Below, one piece after another: positions 51,981 to 59,498 of a stretch of 60,733 bases of DNA. Location of the stretch: positions 1 to 60,733 of the forward strand of contig MFTO01000005.1 in NCBI GenBank assembly GCA_001786835.1, given 5' to 3'. This stretch comes from Candidatus Nomurabacteria bacterium RIFCSPHIGHO2_01_FULL_40_20 (GTDB lineage Bacteria > Patescibacteriota > Minisyncoccia > Phycocordibacterales > UBA9973). The notes beneath the pieces are model-generated. The model was not told where the DNA came from. It ran no database searches and worked only from the letters and a program-made list of their open reading frames with translations. Each line of letters starts with the position of its first letter. Position 1 is the first letter of the stretch. Position numbers and translations under genes: made by a program.

Positions 51981-52652
51981 ATGTCAAAAATAGTTCACCC
52001 ATATGCCCATAGATTGATAATGCTTCGAGATTGGAAATCTCGTTGGTTTGCCGACCCTAAAAAATACGTAGCATATTTAAAGGGTGATGTGCTTTTGCGT
52101 GAATACTTGGAAAAGAAATTGCGCGGAATGTATATCTCTTCGATTGAAATTGAACGCAATCAAAAAATGACTCGCTTTATCATCAAGACTTCTCGTCCGG
52201 GACTTATCATTGGGCGCTCTGGCGAGGGGGCGACAAAACTCAAAGAAGATATTTTAAAGAAAATGGAGAGCTTAAAACTCTCTAAGACTGAAGATTTTAA
52301 ATTAGAAATTGTGGAGGTAGCAAATCCAGAGGCGGATGCTGCTATTGTGGCTTATATGATTGCCGAAGGACTAGAAAAAAGAATGCCTTATAGGAGAGTG
52401 ATAAAGCAAATAATCGAAAAAGTTATGGCAGCGCCGGGCGTGCAGGGGGCGAGAATAGTGTTAGGCGGAAGATTGGGGGGAGCCGAAATCGCTCGTATGG
52501 AAGAACTCAAGCGTGGCTCCATTCCACTTCAGACGCTTCGCGCGGATATTGATTTCAAGCGTGAGCGCGCGACGCTTACCTACGGAGTGATAGGCATTAA
52601 GGTGTGGATTTACCGCGGGAAAATTTTTTCTAAAAAACCAAACACTAACTAA
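51981..52652 (+). CDS. rpsC: 30S ribosomal protein S3
   Basis: KH domain, GRLGGAEIARME, operon order. Confidence 0.97.
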   Translation: MSKIVHPYAHRLIMLRDWKSRWFADPKKYVAYLKGDVLLREYLEKKLRGMYISSIEIERNQKMTRFIIKTSRPGLIIGRSGEGATKLKEDILKKMESLKLSKTEDFKLEIVEVANPEADAAIVAYMIAEGLEKRMPYRRVIKQIIEKVMAAPGVQGARIVLGGRLGGAEIARMEELKRGSIPLQTLRADIDFKRERATLTYGVIGIKVWIYRGKIFSKKPNTN

Positions 52653-52661
52653 TATAAATTT

Positions 52662-53087
52662 ATGTTAATACCAAAAAAAGTAAAATTTAGAAAATGGCAG
52701 ACAATGCGGACAAACAAAAAGTCCATTACGCCGGAGACGCGTGGCACCAAAATTTCTTTTGGCTCTTTTGGACTTAAGGCAGAAACCCAAGCGCGTATCA
52801 AGTCAAACCAGATTGAATCTGCTCGAAAAGTGATTTCTCGCACCCTCACCAAGGCTGGCAAATATTGGATTCGCATTTTCCCTGATAGGCCTTATACTCA
52901 AAAGGCAGCGCAGATGGGAATGGGAAAGGGAAAAGGAGATCCACAGGGGTATTGTGTGGACGTGTCGCCCGGACGGATATTGTTTGAAGTAGATGGCGCA
53001 GAAGAGAGTATCGCCCGCGAAGCGCTTCGTAAAGCTGGGACCAAACTGCCTGTAAAATCAAGAGTAGTGGCAAGAGTAGAGAAGTAA
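52662..53087 (+). CDS. rplP: 50S ribosomal protein L16
   Basis: MLIPKKVKFRKWQ..., MGKGKGDPQGY. Confidence 0.97.
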   Translation: MLIPKKVKFRKWQTMRTNKKSITPETRGTKISFGSFGLKAETQARIKSNQIESARKVISRTLTKAGKYWIRIFPDRPYTQKAAQMGMGKGKGDPQGYCVDVSPGRILFEVDGAEESIAREALRKAGTKLPVKSRVVARVEK

Positions 53088-53096
53088 AATAATAAA

Positions 53097-53297
53097 ATGG
53101 CCAAGAAAAATAAAAATTTAAAAGGTGAGAATGTAGAAGATTTGAAAAAGAAACTTGAAGCATTGCGCGAAGAAGTCCGAGTTTTGAAATTCAAAATGGA
53201 AGGCGCTAAATCAAAAAATGTCAAAGAACTTTCCGTGTTACGCAAAGATATCGCGAGAATATTGACAGAGTTAAATAGAAATTCTAAAAAGAATTAA
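53097..53297 (+). CDS. rpmC: 50S ribosomal protein L29
   Basis: 66 aa coiled protein; operon order after rplP. Confidence 0.9.
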   Translation: MAKKNKNLKGENVEDLKKKLEALREEVRVLKFKMEGAKSKNVKELSVLRKDIARILTELNRNSKKN

Positions 53298-53300
53298 TAT

Positions 53301-53552
53301 ATGGCAACAAACACAACAACACAAAAAACGAAGAGCATCCTAAAAGGTATTGTAGTGGGGGATAAAATGAACAAAACGATCGTCGTTTCAGTGACGCGTT
53401 TTGTGAAGCATCCGAAATACGGCAAGTATTATAAGGTGAGTAAAAAATACAAAGCGCATGACGAGGCGAATAAATATAAAATTGGTGATACGGTAGAGAT
53501 AGTCGAAACCAGACCGATTTCGAGAGATAAAAAGTTTAAAGTTATCAGTTAA
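53301..53552 (+). CDS. rpsQ: 30S ribosomal protein S17
   Basis: [17 protein letters not shown]...[10 protein letters not shown]...YKAHDE...[16 protein letters not shown]. Confidence 0.96.
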   Translation: MATNTTTQKTKSILKGIVVGDKMNKTIVVSVTRFVKHPKYGKYYKVSKKYKAHDEANKYKIGDTVEIVETRPISRDKKFKVIS

Positions 53553-53578
53553 TAATTTCCCGCCCTAGGCGGACAAGT

Positions 53579-53950
53579 ATGATTCAAGACGGAAGTTTAG
53601 TAAAAATAACAGACAATGCCGGTGGTATCATCGGGAAAGTTTTCAAAGTGCCGGGTAGCGCGGCTAAAAGATACGCAACACTCGGCGAGATTGTTATTAT
53701 CTCAGTGAAAACCGCAAGCCCTAGAAAGGGAGTTAAGAAGAAAGATGTGCATCAGGCCGTCGTCGTTCGAACTCGTAATGCATATCGTAGGCGCGATGGG
53801 TCTTATATTCGTTTTGATGACAATGCTGTAGTGATACTCGAAAAAGACAAGCTTGACCCTAAGGCTGGACGTGTTTTCGGACCAATCCCGAGGGAGCTTG
53901 CGGAGAAAGGATTTCAAAAGATTATTTCTTTAGCGCCCGAAGTAATATAA
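53579..53950 (+). CDS. rplN: 50S ribosomal protein L14
   Basis: MIQDGSLVKITDNAG...AVVVRTR...IRFDDNAVV. Confidence 0.97.
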   Translation: MIQDGSLVKITDNAGGIIGKVFKVPGSAAKRYATLGEIVIISVKTASPRKGVKKKDVHQAVVVRTRNAYRRRDGSYIRFDDNAVVILEKDKLDPKAGRVFGPIPRELAEKGFQKIISLAPEVI

Positions 53951-54023
53951 TAGTTAACAGATTAGAGATTAAAGTTGGCAGAATTTTGTATAAACTTAAA
54001 TCTTAAATCTAATATCTTACAAT

Positions 54024-54239
54024 ATGAAATTAAAAAAAGGGGACAATATAATAGTGCTTACTGGGAAAGAGAAAGGTAAAAAGGGTAAAGTTATCCGTTC
54101 TTTGCCGAAGGAGAACAAAGTGGTGGTGGAAGGATTAAACACGGTAAAAAAACACCAACGTCCTAGAAAGTCGAACGAAAAGGGTAGTGTGATAGACGTC
54201 GCTATGCCGATACATGTTTCCAATGTTAAGAAAGTTTAA
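54024..54239 (+). CDS. rplX: 50S ribosomal protein L24, unusually short (71 aa)
   Basis: KOW motif MKLKKGDNIIVLTGKEKGKKGKV...VEGLNTVKKHQRP...IHVSNV; ends soon afterwards. Confidence 0.92.
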   Translation: MKLKKGDNIIVLTGKEKGKKGKVIRSLPKENKVVVEGLNTVKKHQRPRKSNEKGSVIDVAMPIHVSNVKKV

Positions 54240-54250
54240 AAGATACTAAG

Positions 54251-54817
54251 ATGAAAAATCTAACTGTAAAAGAAAAAGAATCGGAAGCGTTTGAAAAAAT
54301 GAAAGGCGTTTTCGGCTACAAAAATAAAATGGCTTCGCCCAAGCTAAAGAAAGCGGTGTTAAACGTGGGCACCGGCACAGCTATCAAAAAAGACAAAAAT
54401 AAGAATGACACTATAGGAGAGCGCTTGGTAAAAATTACCGGACAAAAGCCGGTTCTTAAGGGTGCCAAGAAATCCATTGCTTCTTTCAAAGTTCGTCAAG
54501 GAGACCCAATCGGGGTAGTGGTGACCATCCGCGGAGCGCGGATGTATGCTTTCTTGGAAAAACTTTTAAACGTTGCGCTTCCTCGTACCAAAGACTTTCG
54601 TGGTATCAACCGCTCTGCGGTGGACAGCATTGGCAACCTTACCTTAGGCATCAAAGAGCACACTATTTTCCCAGAAACCGCGGACGAAGACATCAAAGAT
54701 GTTTTTGGACTCGCTATCACTATCGTCTCAACTGCTAAAAACAAAAAAGAAGGCATGGTCTTCTTTGAACTCCTCGGCGTCCCATTCAAAAAGGAGGAAG
54801 AAAAGAAGAAGAAATAA
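54251..54817 (+). CDS. rplE: 50S ribosomal protein L5
   Basis: Operon order; TGQKPVLKGAKKSIASFKVRQGDPIG, FRGIN, GIKEHTIFPE. Confidence 0.97.
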   Translation: MKNLTVKEKESEAFEKMKGVFGYKNKMASPKLKKAVLNVGTGTAIKKDKNKNDTIGERLVKITGQKPVLKGAKKSIASFKVRQGDPIGVVVTIRGARMYAFLEKLLNVALPRTKDFRGINRSAVDSIGNLTLGIKEHTIFPETADEDIKDVFGLAITIVSTAKNKKEGMVFFELLGVPFKKEEEKKKK

Positions 54818-54855
54818 AATCTAGCTCTTTGTTTTTACTTTTTTAATCTATGTAG

Positions 54856-54861
54856 TATAAT
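54856..54861 (+). promoter_or_regulatory. -10 box TATAAT, 6 nt upstream of the first gene of the inserted island
   Basis: TAGTATAAT-AAATTC-ATG read directly. Confidence 0.55.
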
Positions 54862-54867
54862 AAATTC

Positions 54868-55365
54868 ATGAAAAATCCATTTGAGGGTATGGGCAGGAAG
54901 ATGCGCAATACATTAGTTGGGGTAGTCGCCTTAGGCGCTACGGCAGGGACTATAGAAGCTCAAACCACTTTGCCGAACAAAGAAGGGATGGAGATAAATG
55001 TGACTGAGAAAACTTCTTGGGCGAAAGATGTCTTAGTAAGTGCGCAGTCTGAGATAAAACATATATCCACGAAAGAAGATTTAATAGCTTTCCAAACTAA
55101 ACATCTAAAACCTTATTTAGATAAAATCGGTATGCTTTCAAGTGGTGCGGAAGAGAAAGCTCACTATTCTATTGAAGACTACAAAGCGATTCTAGAACAG
55201 CTTAAAGCTTTAGGGGAAATATTTAATGGACTAGAAAGCAATATACCAAATTCACAAAGAAACAAAAATTACGATTACTTGATAAGACAACTGACTAGCA
55301 AATCTTCCTACAAGGGTCATAACGACTCAGAGAAGATTTATAACTATTTTGATAATAAGGAATAG
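54868..55365 (+). CDS. Hypothetical secreted protein (165 aa), island gene A
   Basis: Signal-like RNTLVGVVALGATAGTIEAQ, then a predicted helical Lys/Glu-rich body; no motif recognised. Confidence 0.55.
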   Translation: MKNPFEGMGRKMRNTLVGVVALGATAGTIEAQTTLPNKEGMEINVTEKTSWAKDVLVSAQSEIKHISTKEDLIAFQTKHLKPYLDKIGMLSSGAEEKAHYSIEDYKAILEQLKALGEIFNGLESNIPNSQRNKNYDYLIRQLTSKSSYKGHNDSEKIYNYFDNKE

Positions 55366-55479
55366 AGTCTATTGGATTTGTGTTTTTTATGATATAATTA
55401 AAGCGTAAAAAAGAACGAAGGTTTTTATTAAAGTTTGCTATAATAAACGTTATTAACGTATGTGGTCACTATATAAAAT

Positions 55480-55665
55480 ATGGATAAAAAGGCTCTTTTT
55501 TTAAAGACATATGCTAATTTACCACAAGCGTCACGAGAAGAAATTGTCGCTGTGGTGGGTGGTGAACCGTATACTTGGCAATCTGCAAAGCTAGAGATAG
55601 AGCATGATACTTCTATTGGGAAAGGCATTTTAGAACTTTTGGTAAATTTAAAGATACTATCATGA
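55480..55665 (+). CDS. Hypothetical small protein (61 aa), island gene B
   Basis: ORF with ATGA stop/start overlap to gene C; weak similarity to gene C. Confidence 0.45.
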   Translation: MDKKALFLKTYANLPQASREEIVAVVGGEPYTWQSAKLEIEHDTSIGKGILELLVNLKILS

Positions 55666-55919
55666 ATGATAAAAAAGAAAATTCTATAGAAGATATTATT
55701 TTAGATCCAGAACTTAGTGAACAATTAAAAAATCTAGTTCTTGAGCGTGTTAGCATAATGCCAGATACATTACGAATGTCTGTTGGTTCAGATGAACTTA
55801 CAAAAAATGATGTATTAAAACACGTTAAAGAGGGTGATGATATTGGTAATCAGATAATGGAGATGGAACTAGGATTTCTCCGTGATTTAGCAAGTGGCGC
55901 AGTGTATTCTTATGAGTAA
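55662..55919 (+). CDS. Hypothetical small acidic protein (85 aa), island gene C
   Basis: Overlaps gene B (4 nt) and gene D (8 nt), implying translational coupling. Confidence 0.5.
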   Translation: MNDKKENSIEDIILDPELSEQLKNLVLERVSIMPDTLRMSVGSDELTKNDVLKHVKEGDDIGNQIMEMELGFLRDLASGAVYSYE

Positions 55920-56517
55920 ATCAATTCTTGTTACACGTCCAGACCATGACCTTATAACAAAATATTTTTATATTTGGAGTCAGGAAATTGTTGATTTAGC
56001 TAAAAGTAAGAATATAGAAGTTTACGATCTAAAAGGTAAAAAATCAAACGAAAAAGAATTTATCAGCTATATGAGTATTCATTGTCCTTCAATTGTTTTT
56101 TTGAATGGGCATGGTAGTGCGAACATTTTTACTGGATATGACAATCAACCAATAATTGATTCAGATTCTATTTTAAAGGATGCCATAATATATGCTCGAA
56201 GTTGTGAAGTAGGACAAAATCTTGGCTTCAAACTTATAAAGAACGGCGCAAAGACGTTTATTGGCTATAAAAGAAAATTTTTTTGTGGATATACACCCGA
56301 AAAAATAACAAAACCACTCGAAGACAATATTGCCGGTCTTTTTCTAAAACCATCAAACTTAGTTGTGTCAACACTTCTGAAAAATAATAACGCTGAAGAA
56401 GCACATAATCGATCAAGAGGGCAAATGTATAAGAATTTTAGAAGAATGGTTTCAAGTACTGCGACATTTGAAGAATGGAGAACCCATTTTCGGTGGGTTT
56501 TCTATTTATTTATTTGA
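55912..56517 (+). CDS. Hypothetical protein with a caspase/legumain-like His...Cys arrangement (about 201 aa), island gene D
   Basis: Alternating beta/alpha pattern with IVFLNGHGS and IIYARSCEVG after consecutive predicted strands. Start chosen at 55912 (MSKSILV) rather than 55894. Confidence 0.5.
   Translation: MSKSILVTRPDHDLITKYFYIWSQEIVDLAKSKNIEVYDLKGKKSNEKEFISYMSIHCPSIVFLNGHGSANIFTGYDNQPIIDSDSILKDAIIYARSCEVGQNLGFKLIKNGAKTFIGYKRKFFCGYTPEKITKPLEDNIAGLFLKPSNLVVSTLLKNNNAEEAHNRSRGQMYKNFRRMVSSTATFEEWRTHFRWVFYLFI
56481..56512 (+). terminator. Rho-independent terminator at the 3' end of island gene D
   Basis: AACCCA-ttttcgg-TGGGTT followed by TTCTATTTATTTATTT. Confidence 0.65.
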
Positions 56518-56540
56518 CTATTTAGCTTAGATTTGATAAG

Positions 56541-56686
56541 ATGAGCAAGTCCTAGAAATGGAGCTGATCTGTGTTTCTCCTCCGACGCTCTGCAAAAGCC
56601 AGAGGATCGGAGCAAATACATAAGATATCGCCCATAAGGACAGAATCTAAGGTATGGCGCCCCGACGCAAAAGTCGGGATGCTCAT
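56541..56686. ncRNA. Candidate structured RNA or long leader upstream of rpsN (function unknown)
   Basis: Closing helix ATGAGCA/TGCTCAT, GTCCT/AGGAC, nested hairpin CTCCGA-cg-CTCTG-caaaagc-CAGAG-ga-TCGGAG (56580-56612), hairpin CCCGAC-gcaaaa-GTCGGG (56661-56678). Looks more GC-rich than its flanks by eye. Confidence 0.35.
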
Positions 56687-56715
56687 AAATTATAGTCATT
56701 AACATTCCTTAATTT

Positions 56716-56901
56716 ATGGCAAAAACATCAGTCATAGCGCGAAACAATAAGAAAAAGAAATTTTCTACTCGGAAGAAGAACCGCTGTTTTCGTTGTGCCC
56801 GAGGGAAAGGTTATATGCGCGACTTTGGTCTTTGTCGCATCTGTTTTAGAGAATTAGCCAATGAAGGCAATCTGCCGGGAGTTAGAAAATCAAGCTGGTA
56901 A
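56716..56901 (+). CDS. rpsN: 30S ribosomal protein S14, zinc-binding type Z (61 aa)
   Basis: [25 protein letters not shown]...LPGVRKSSW. Confidence 0.95.
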   Translation: MAKTSVIARNNKKKKFSTRKKNRCFRCARGKGYMRDFGLCRICFRELANEGNLPGVRKSSW

Positions 56902-56902
56902 G

Positions 56903-57105
56903 TGAAATTTAATGAGTGAAACGAATATAAATTTCCTTACCTTGTTAAATAAATTTTTCAAAGAAAAATTTGTCATGTGGAAGAAATAAATAGAGATATA
57001 GAAAATAATATAAAGTATGAAAAAATTATCAACAAATAAAAAAGAACAGATAGACCACATGACATTTAACAGGGTGTCTGTTTTAATAGTCGCTTCGCTT
57101 CTTTA
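56903..57105 (+). repeat. Structured inverted-repeat element, copy 2, in the rpsN-rpsH spacer, with an expanded third helix
   Basis: P1 ACCTTGTTAAAT/ATTTAACAGGGT (one G:U pair), P2 AAATTTTTC-aaa-GAAAAATTT, P3 TGTCATGTGG...CCACATGACA (56971-57064). Confidence 0.8.
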
Positions 57106-57114
57106 AAACTAGCC

Positions 57115-57501
57115 ATGGATCCAATTTCAAACATGATAATAATGATAAAAAACGGTTCTACCGCAGGCAAAGCGACAGTATCTTTTCCATACTCAAAAAT
57201 TAAAAACGCGGTAGCCTTATGTCTTCAAAAAGAAGGGTATGTCAAAGACGTCGCAAAAAAAGTTAAAAAAGACCATCCGGTTTTAGAAATTGAATTGGTA
57301 TATACAGACAAGAAGCCAAAAATTTCCGGCGTAGAAAGAATTTCAAAACAATCCAGACGTGTTTATTTCGGGATGCGCGATATCCATACAGTTCTAGGTG
57401 GTAAAGGCGTTCTTGTGCTCTCAACTCCAAAGGGGATACTCTCGGGGCGCGACGCAAGGCGCGAACAAGTTGGAGGCGAAGCATTGTTTAAAATTTGGTA
57501 G
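57115..57501 (+). CDS. rpsH: 30S ribosomal protein S8
   Basis: MDPISNMIIMIKNG...; GGEALFKIW C-terminus. Confidence 0.96.
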   Translation: MDPISNMIIMIKNGSTAGKATVSFPYSKIKNAVALCLQKEGYVKDVAKKVKKDHPVLEIELVYTDKKPKISGVERISKQSRRVYFGMRDIHTVLGGKGVLVLSTPKGILSGRDARREQVGGEALFKIW

Positions 57502-57562
57502 AGAAGTTAGTTATAAAGTTGAAAGTTATAAAGTTTATAAAGAAAATTAGAAATCAAAATAC

Positions 57563-58096
57563 ATGTCAAGAATCGGCAAAAAAGAAATAACAATACCTAA
57601 AGGCGTGACCGTCATGAAAGACGGTGGCAGTTTAAAGGTGACAGGTCCAAAAGGAACCCTATCAAAAGTTTTCCGTGATGATGTAGTGTTCAATATAGGC
57701 GCTGACTTGATAACCCTAAGCATAAAGCGCAACGATAAATTTTCCAAAGCTCTTTGGGGTACTTATGCTTCCCACATTGTAAATATGATAAAGGGCGTAG
57801 AGACCCCCTATGTAAAAAAACTTATTTTAGAAGGAGTTGGGTTCAAGTCTGATGTGAAAGGCAAAGAACTTCAACTGGCGCTTGGATTTTCTCATCCAGT
57901 TGTGGTTAAAATTCCTGAAACGATTACAGTTACCGCAGAGAAAAACAATATTACAGTCATAGGTATTGATAAAGAGTTGGTTGGAAGTTTTACGGCGGGA
58001 ATTCGCGCGCTCAAGAAGCCAGAGCCTTACAAAGGTAAAGGTTTTCGTTATGAAGGCGAAGTTATCAGACGTAAACAGGGTAAGAAAACTGTTTAG
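57563..58096 (+). CDS. rplF: 50S ribosomal protein L6
   Basis: MSRIGKKEITIPKGVTV...; KKPEPYKGKGFRYEGE. Confidence 0.97.
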   Translation: MSRIGKKEITIPKGVTVMKDGGSLKVTGPKGTLSKVFRDDVVFNIGADLITLSIKRNDKFSKALWGTYASHIVNMIKGVETPYVKKLILEGVGFKSDVKGKELQLALGFSHPVVVKIPETITVTAEKNNITVIGIDKELVGSFTAGIRALKKPEPYKGKGFRYEGEVIRRKQGKKTV

Positions 58097-58145
58097 AGTT
58101 AGGTTCTAGGGACTAGTTGCTAGGTTCTAGAAATATAAAAATACA

Positions 58146-58487
58146 ATGCAAAACAAACAAGACAAAAGAATAAGACTCAAGAAAAAAATCAGAGCGAAAA
58201 TGGAGGGCACTAAAGAGCAACCACGACTTTCCGTCTTCCGTTCAAACAAATTTATTTATGCGCAAATCATAGATGATATGAGTGGTAAGACTTTAGCGCA
58301 AACAAATGACATCAAGGTCACAAAAGGCACAAAAGGAGAACGCGCCAAGGAGGTAGGCAATAAAATTGCGGAAGTTTGCAAGGGGCTCAAAATAAGCAAA
58401 GTGGTTTTTGACAGAAATGGATTTAAATACACCGGTCGGATAAAGCTGGTTGCAGACAGCGCGCGCGAAGGAGGGCTTAAGTTCTAA
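58146..58487 (+). CDS. rplR: 50S ribosomal protein L18
   Basis: [19 protein letters not shown]...[28 protein letters not shown]. Confidence 0.96.
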   Translation: MQNKQDKRIRLKKKIRAKMEGTKEQPRLSVFRSNKFIYAQIIDDMSGKTLAQTNDIKVTKGTKGERAKEVGNKIAEVCKGLKISKVVFDRNGFKYTGRIKLVADSAREGGLKF

Positions 58488-58540
58488 TAGTTATAAAGTT
58501 GAAAGTTATAAAGTTGAAAAAGTAAAATCAAAAAATAAAA

Positions 58541-59095
58541 ATGGAAAAAGGAAACGAAAAAAAGAATAGCAGAAGGTCATCGTCATTTAGCCGACCGAAG
58601 CCTGAATTTGAACAAAAAATCGTGAGTATTCGTCGCGTGACCCGCGTGGTGGCGGGTGGACGCCGGTTCTCTTTCTCGGTGGCACTGGTGGCCGGAGACA
58701 AAAAGGGGGGAGTAGGACTCGGGCTTGGTAAAGCCGGAGACACTTCGCTTGCTATCAACAAAGCGTTCCGAGCGGCCAAGAAAAATATGGTAAAACTAAA
58801 CCTTACAAAAACTTTGTCTATTCCTCATAATGTTTCCGCTAAATACGCGAGTTCTCGAGTTTTGATTATGCCGAATAAGGGTCGCGGGTTAGTAGCGGGC
58901 ACGGTGCTTCGCGACATTCTAAAATTGGCGGGAGTCAAAGACATAACCGGGAAAATAAATTCGGGTAGTAAAAATAAACTAAACAATGCCAAAGCGGTGA
59001 TGGAGGCGCTCAAGACAATTTCCACTAAATATTCAAAACCAATTCCAGAGGTAGCCCCCATTGAAATTAAAGAAGCTATCAAAGAGATAGATTAA
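58541..59095 (+). CDS. rpsE: 30S ribosomal protein S5
   Basis: IRRVTRVVAGGRRFSFSVALVAGDKKGGVGLGLGKAGD. Confidence 0.96.
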   Translation: MEKGNEKKNSRRSSSFSRPKPEFEQKIVSIRRVTRVVAGGRRFSFSVALVAGDKKGGVGLGLGKAGDTSLAINKAFRAAKKNMVKLNLTKTLSIPHNVSAKYASSRVLIMPNKGRGLVAGTVLRDILKLAGVKDITGKINSGSKNKLNNAKAVMEALKTISTKYSKPIPEVAPIEIKEAIKEID

Positions 59096-59105
59096 ATATA
59101 CTTGT

Positions 59106-59169
59106 CCCGTACTAAATTTTGATTATGGGACAAAAAGATTAAGATTATTAATAAAATTTTAGTACTGGG
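59106..59169. repeat. Long hairpin filling the rpsE-rplO spacer (CCCGTACTAAATTTT ... AAAATTTTAGTACTGGG), with inner stem TTGTCCC/GGGACAA
   Basis: Read directly; the 3' arm ends at the rplO ATG. Confidence 0.7.
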
Positions 59170-59481
59170 ATGCAAATACATAATTTAAAAAGACAAAATA
59201 AAAATAAAAAGGACCGCATGGTAGGGCGCGGTGGCAAACATGCCAAAACATCCGGTCGCGGAGGCAAGGGACAGACCGCGCGCGCCGGAAACAAGCGCCG
59301 ACCGGAGTTGCGTGATATCATAAAGAAACTTCCAAAACTGCGAGGGTATAGATTTAAACCGGTTCGCTCTGTACGGCTAGTTTCTCCCGATAAGGTTTTA
59401 ACGACTGCCGGCAAAAAAGAGACCTTTTCCGAGATTCGCAAACGTTTGAGTATCAAAGGAGGGAAGATAAAGATAAAATAA
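59170..59481 (+). CDS. rplO: 50S ribosomal protein L15, short (103 aa)
   Basis: VGRGGKHAKTSGRGGKGQTARAG...; position between rpsE and secY. Confidence 0.85.
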   Translation: MQIHNLKRQNKNKKDRMVGRGGKHAKTSGRGGKGQTARAGNKRRPELRDIIKKLPKLRGYRFKPVRSVRLVSPDKVLTTAGKKETFSEIRKRLSIKGGKIKIK

Positions 59482-59498
59482 ATTAAAATAAATATAGA

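Noticed and set aside
56502-56705. 67-aa minus-strand ORF in the island-rpsN spacer.
   Set aside because: It is Cys/Arg/Leu-rich with no motif, and it is antisense to a region better explained by RNA secondary structure and hairpin repeats.
57017-57106. 29-codon ORF (MKKLSTNKKEQIDHMTFNRVSVLIVASLL) inside copy 2 of the structured element.
   Set aside because: It has no SD or promoter, crosses the helix arms, and is absent from copy 1. It is most likely fortuitous in AT-rich sequence.
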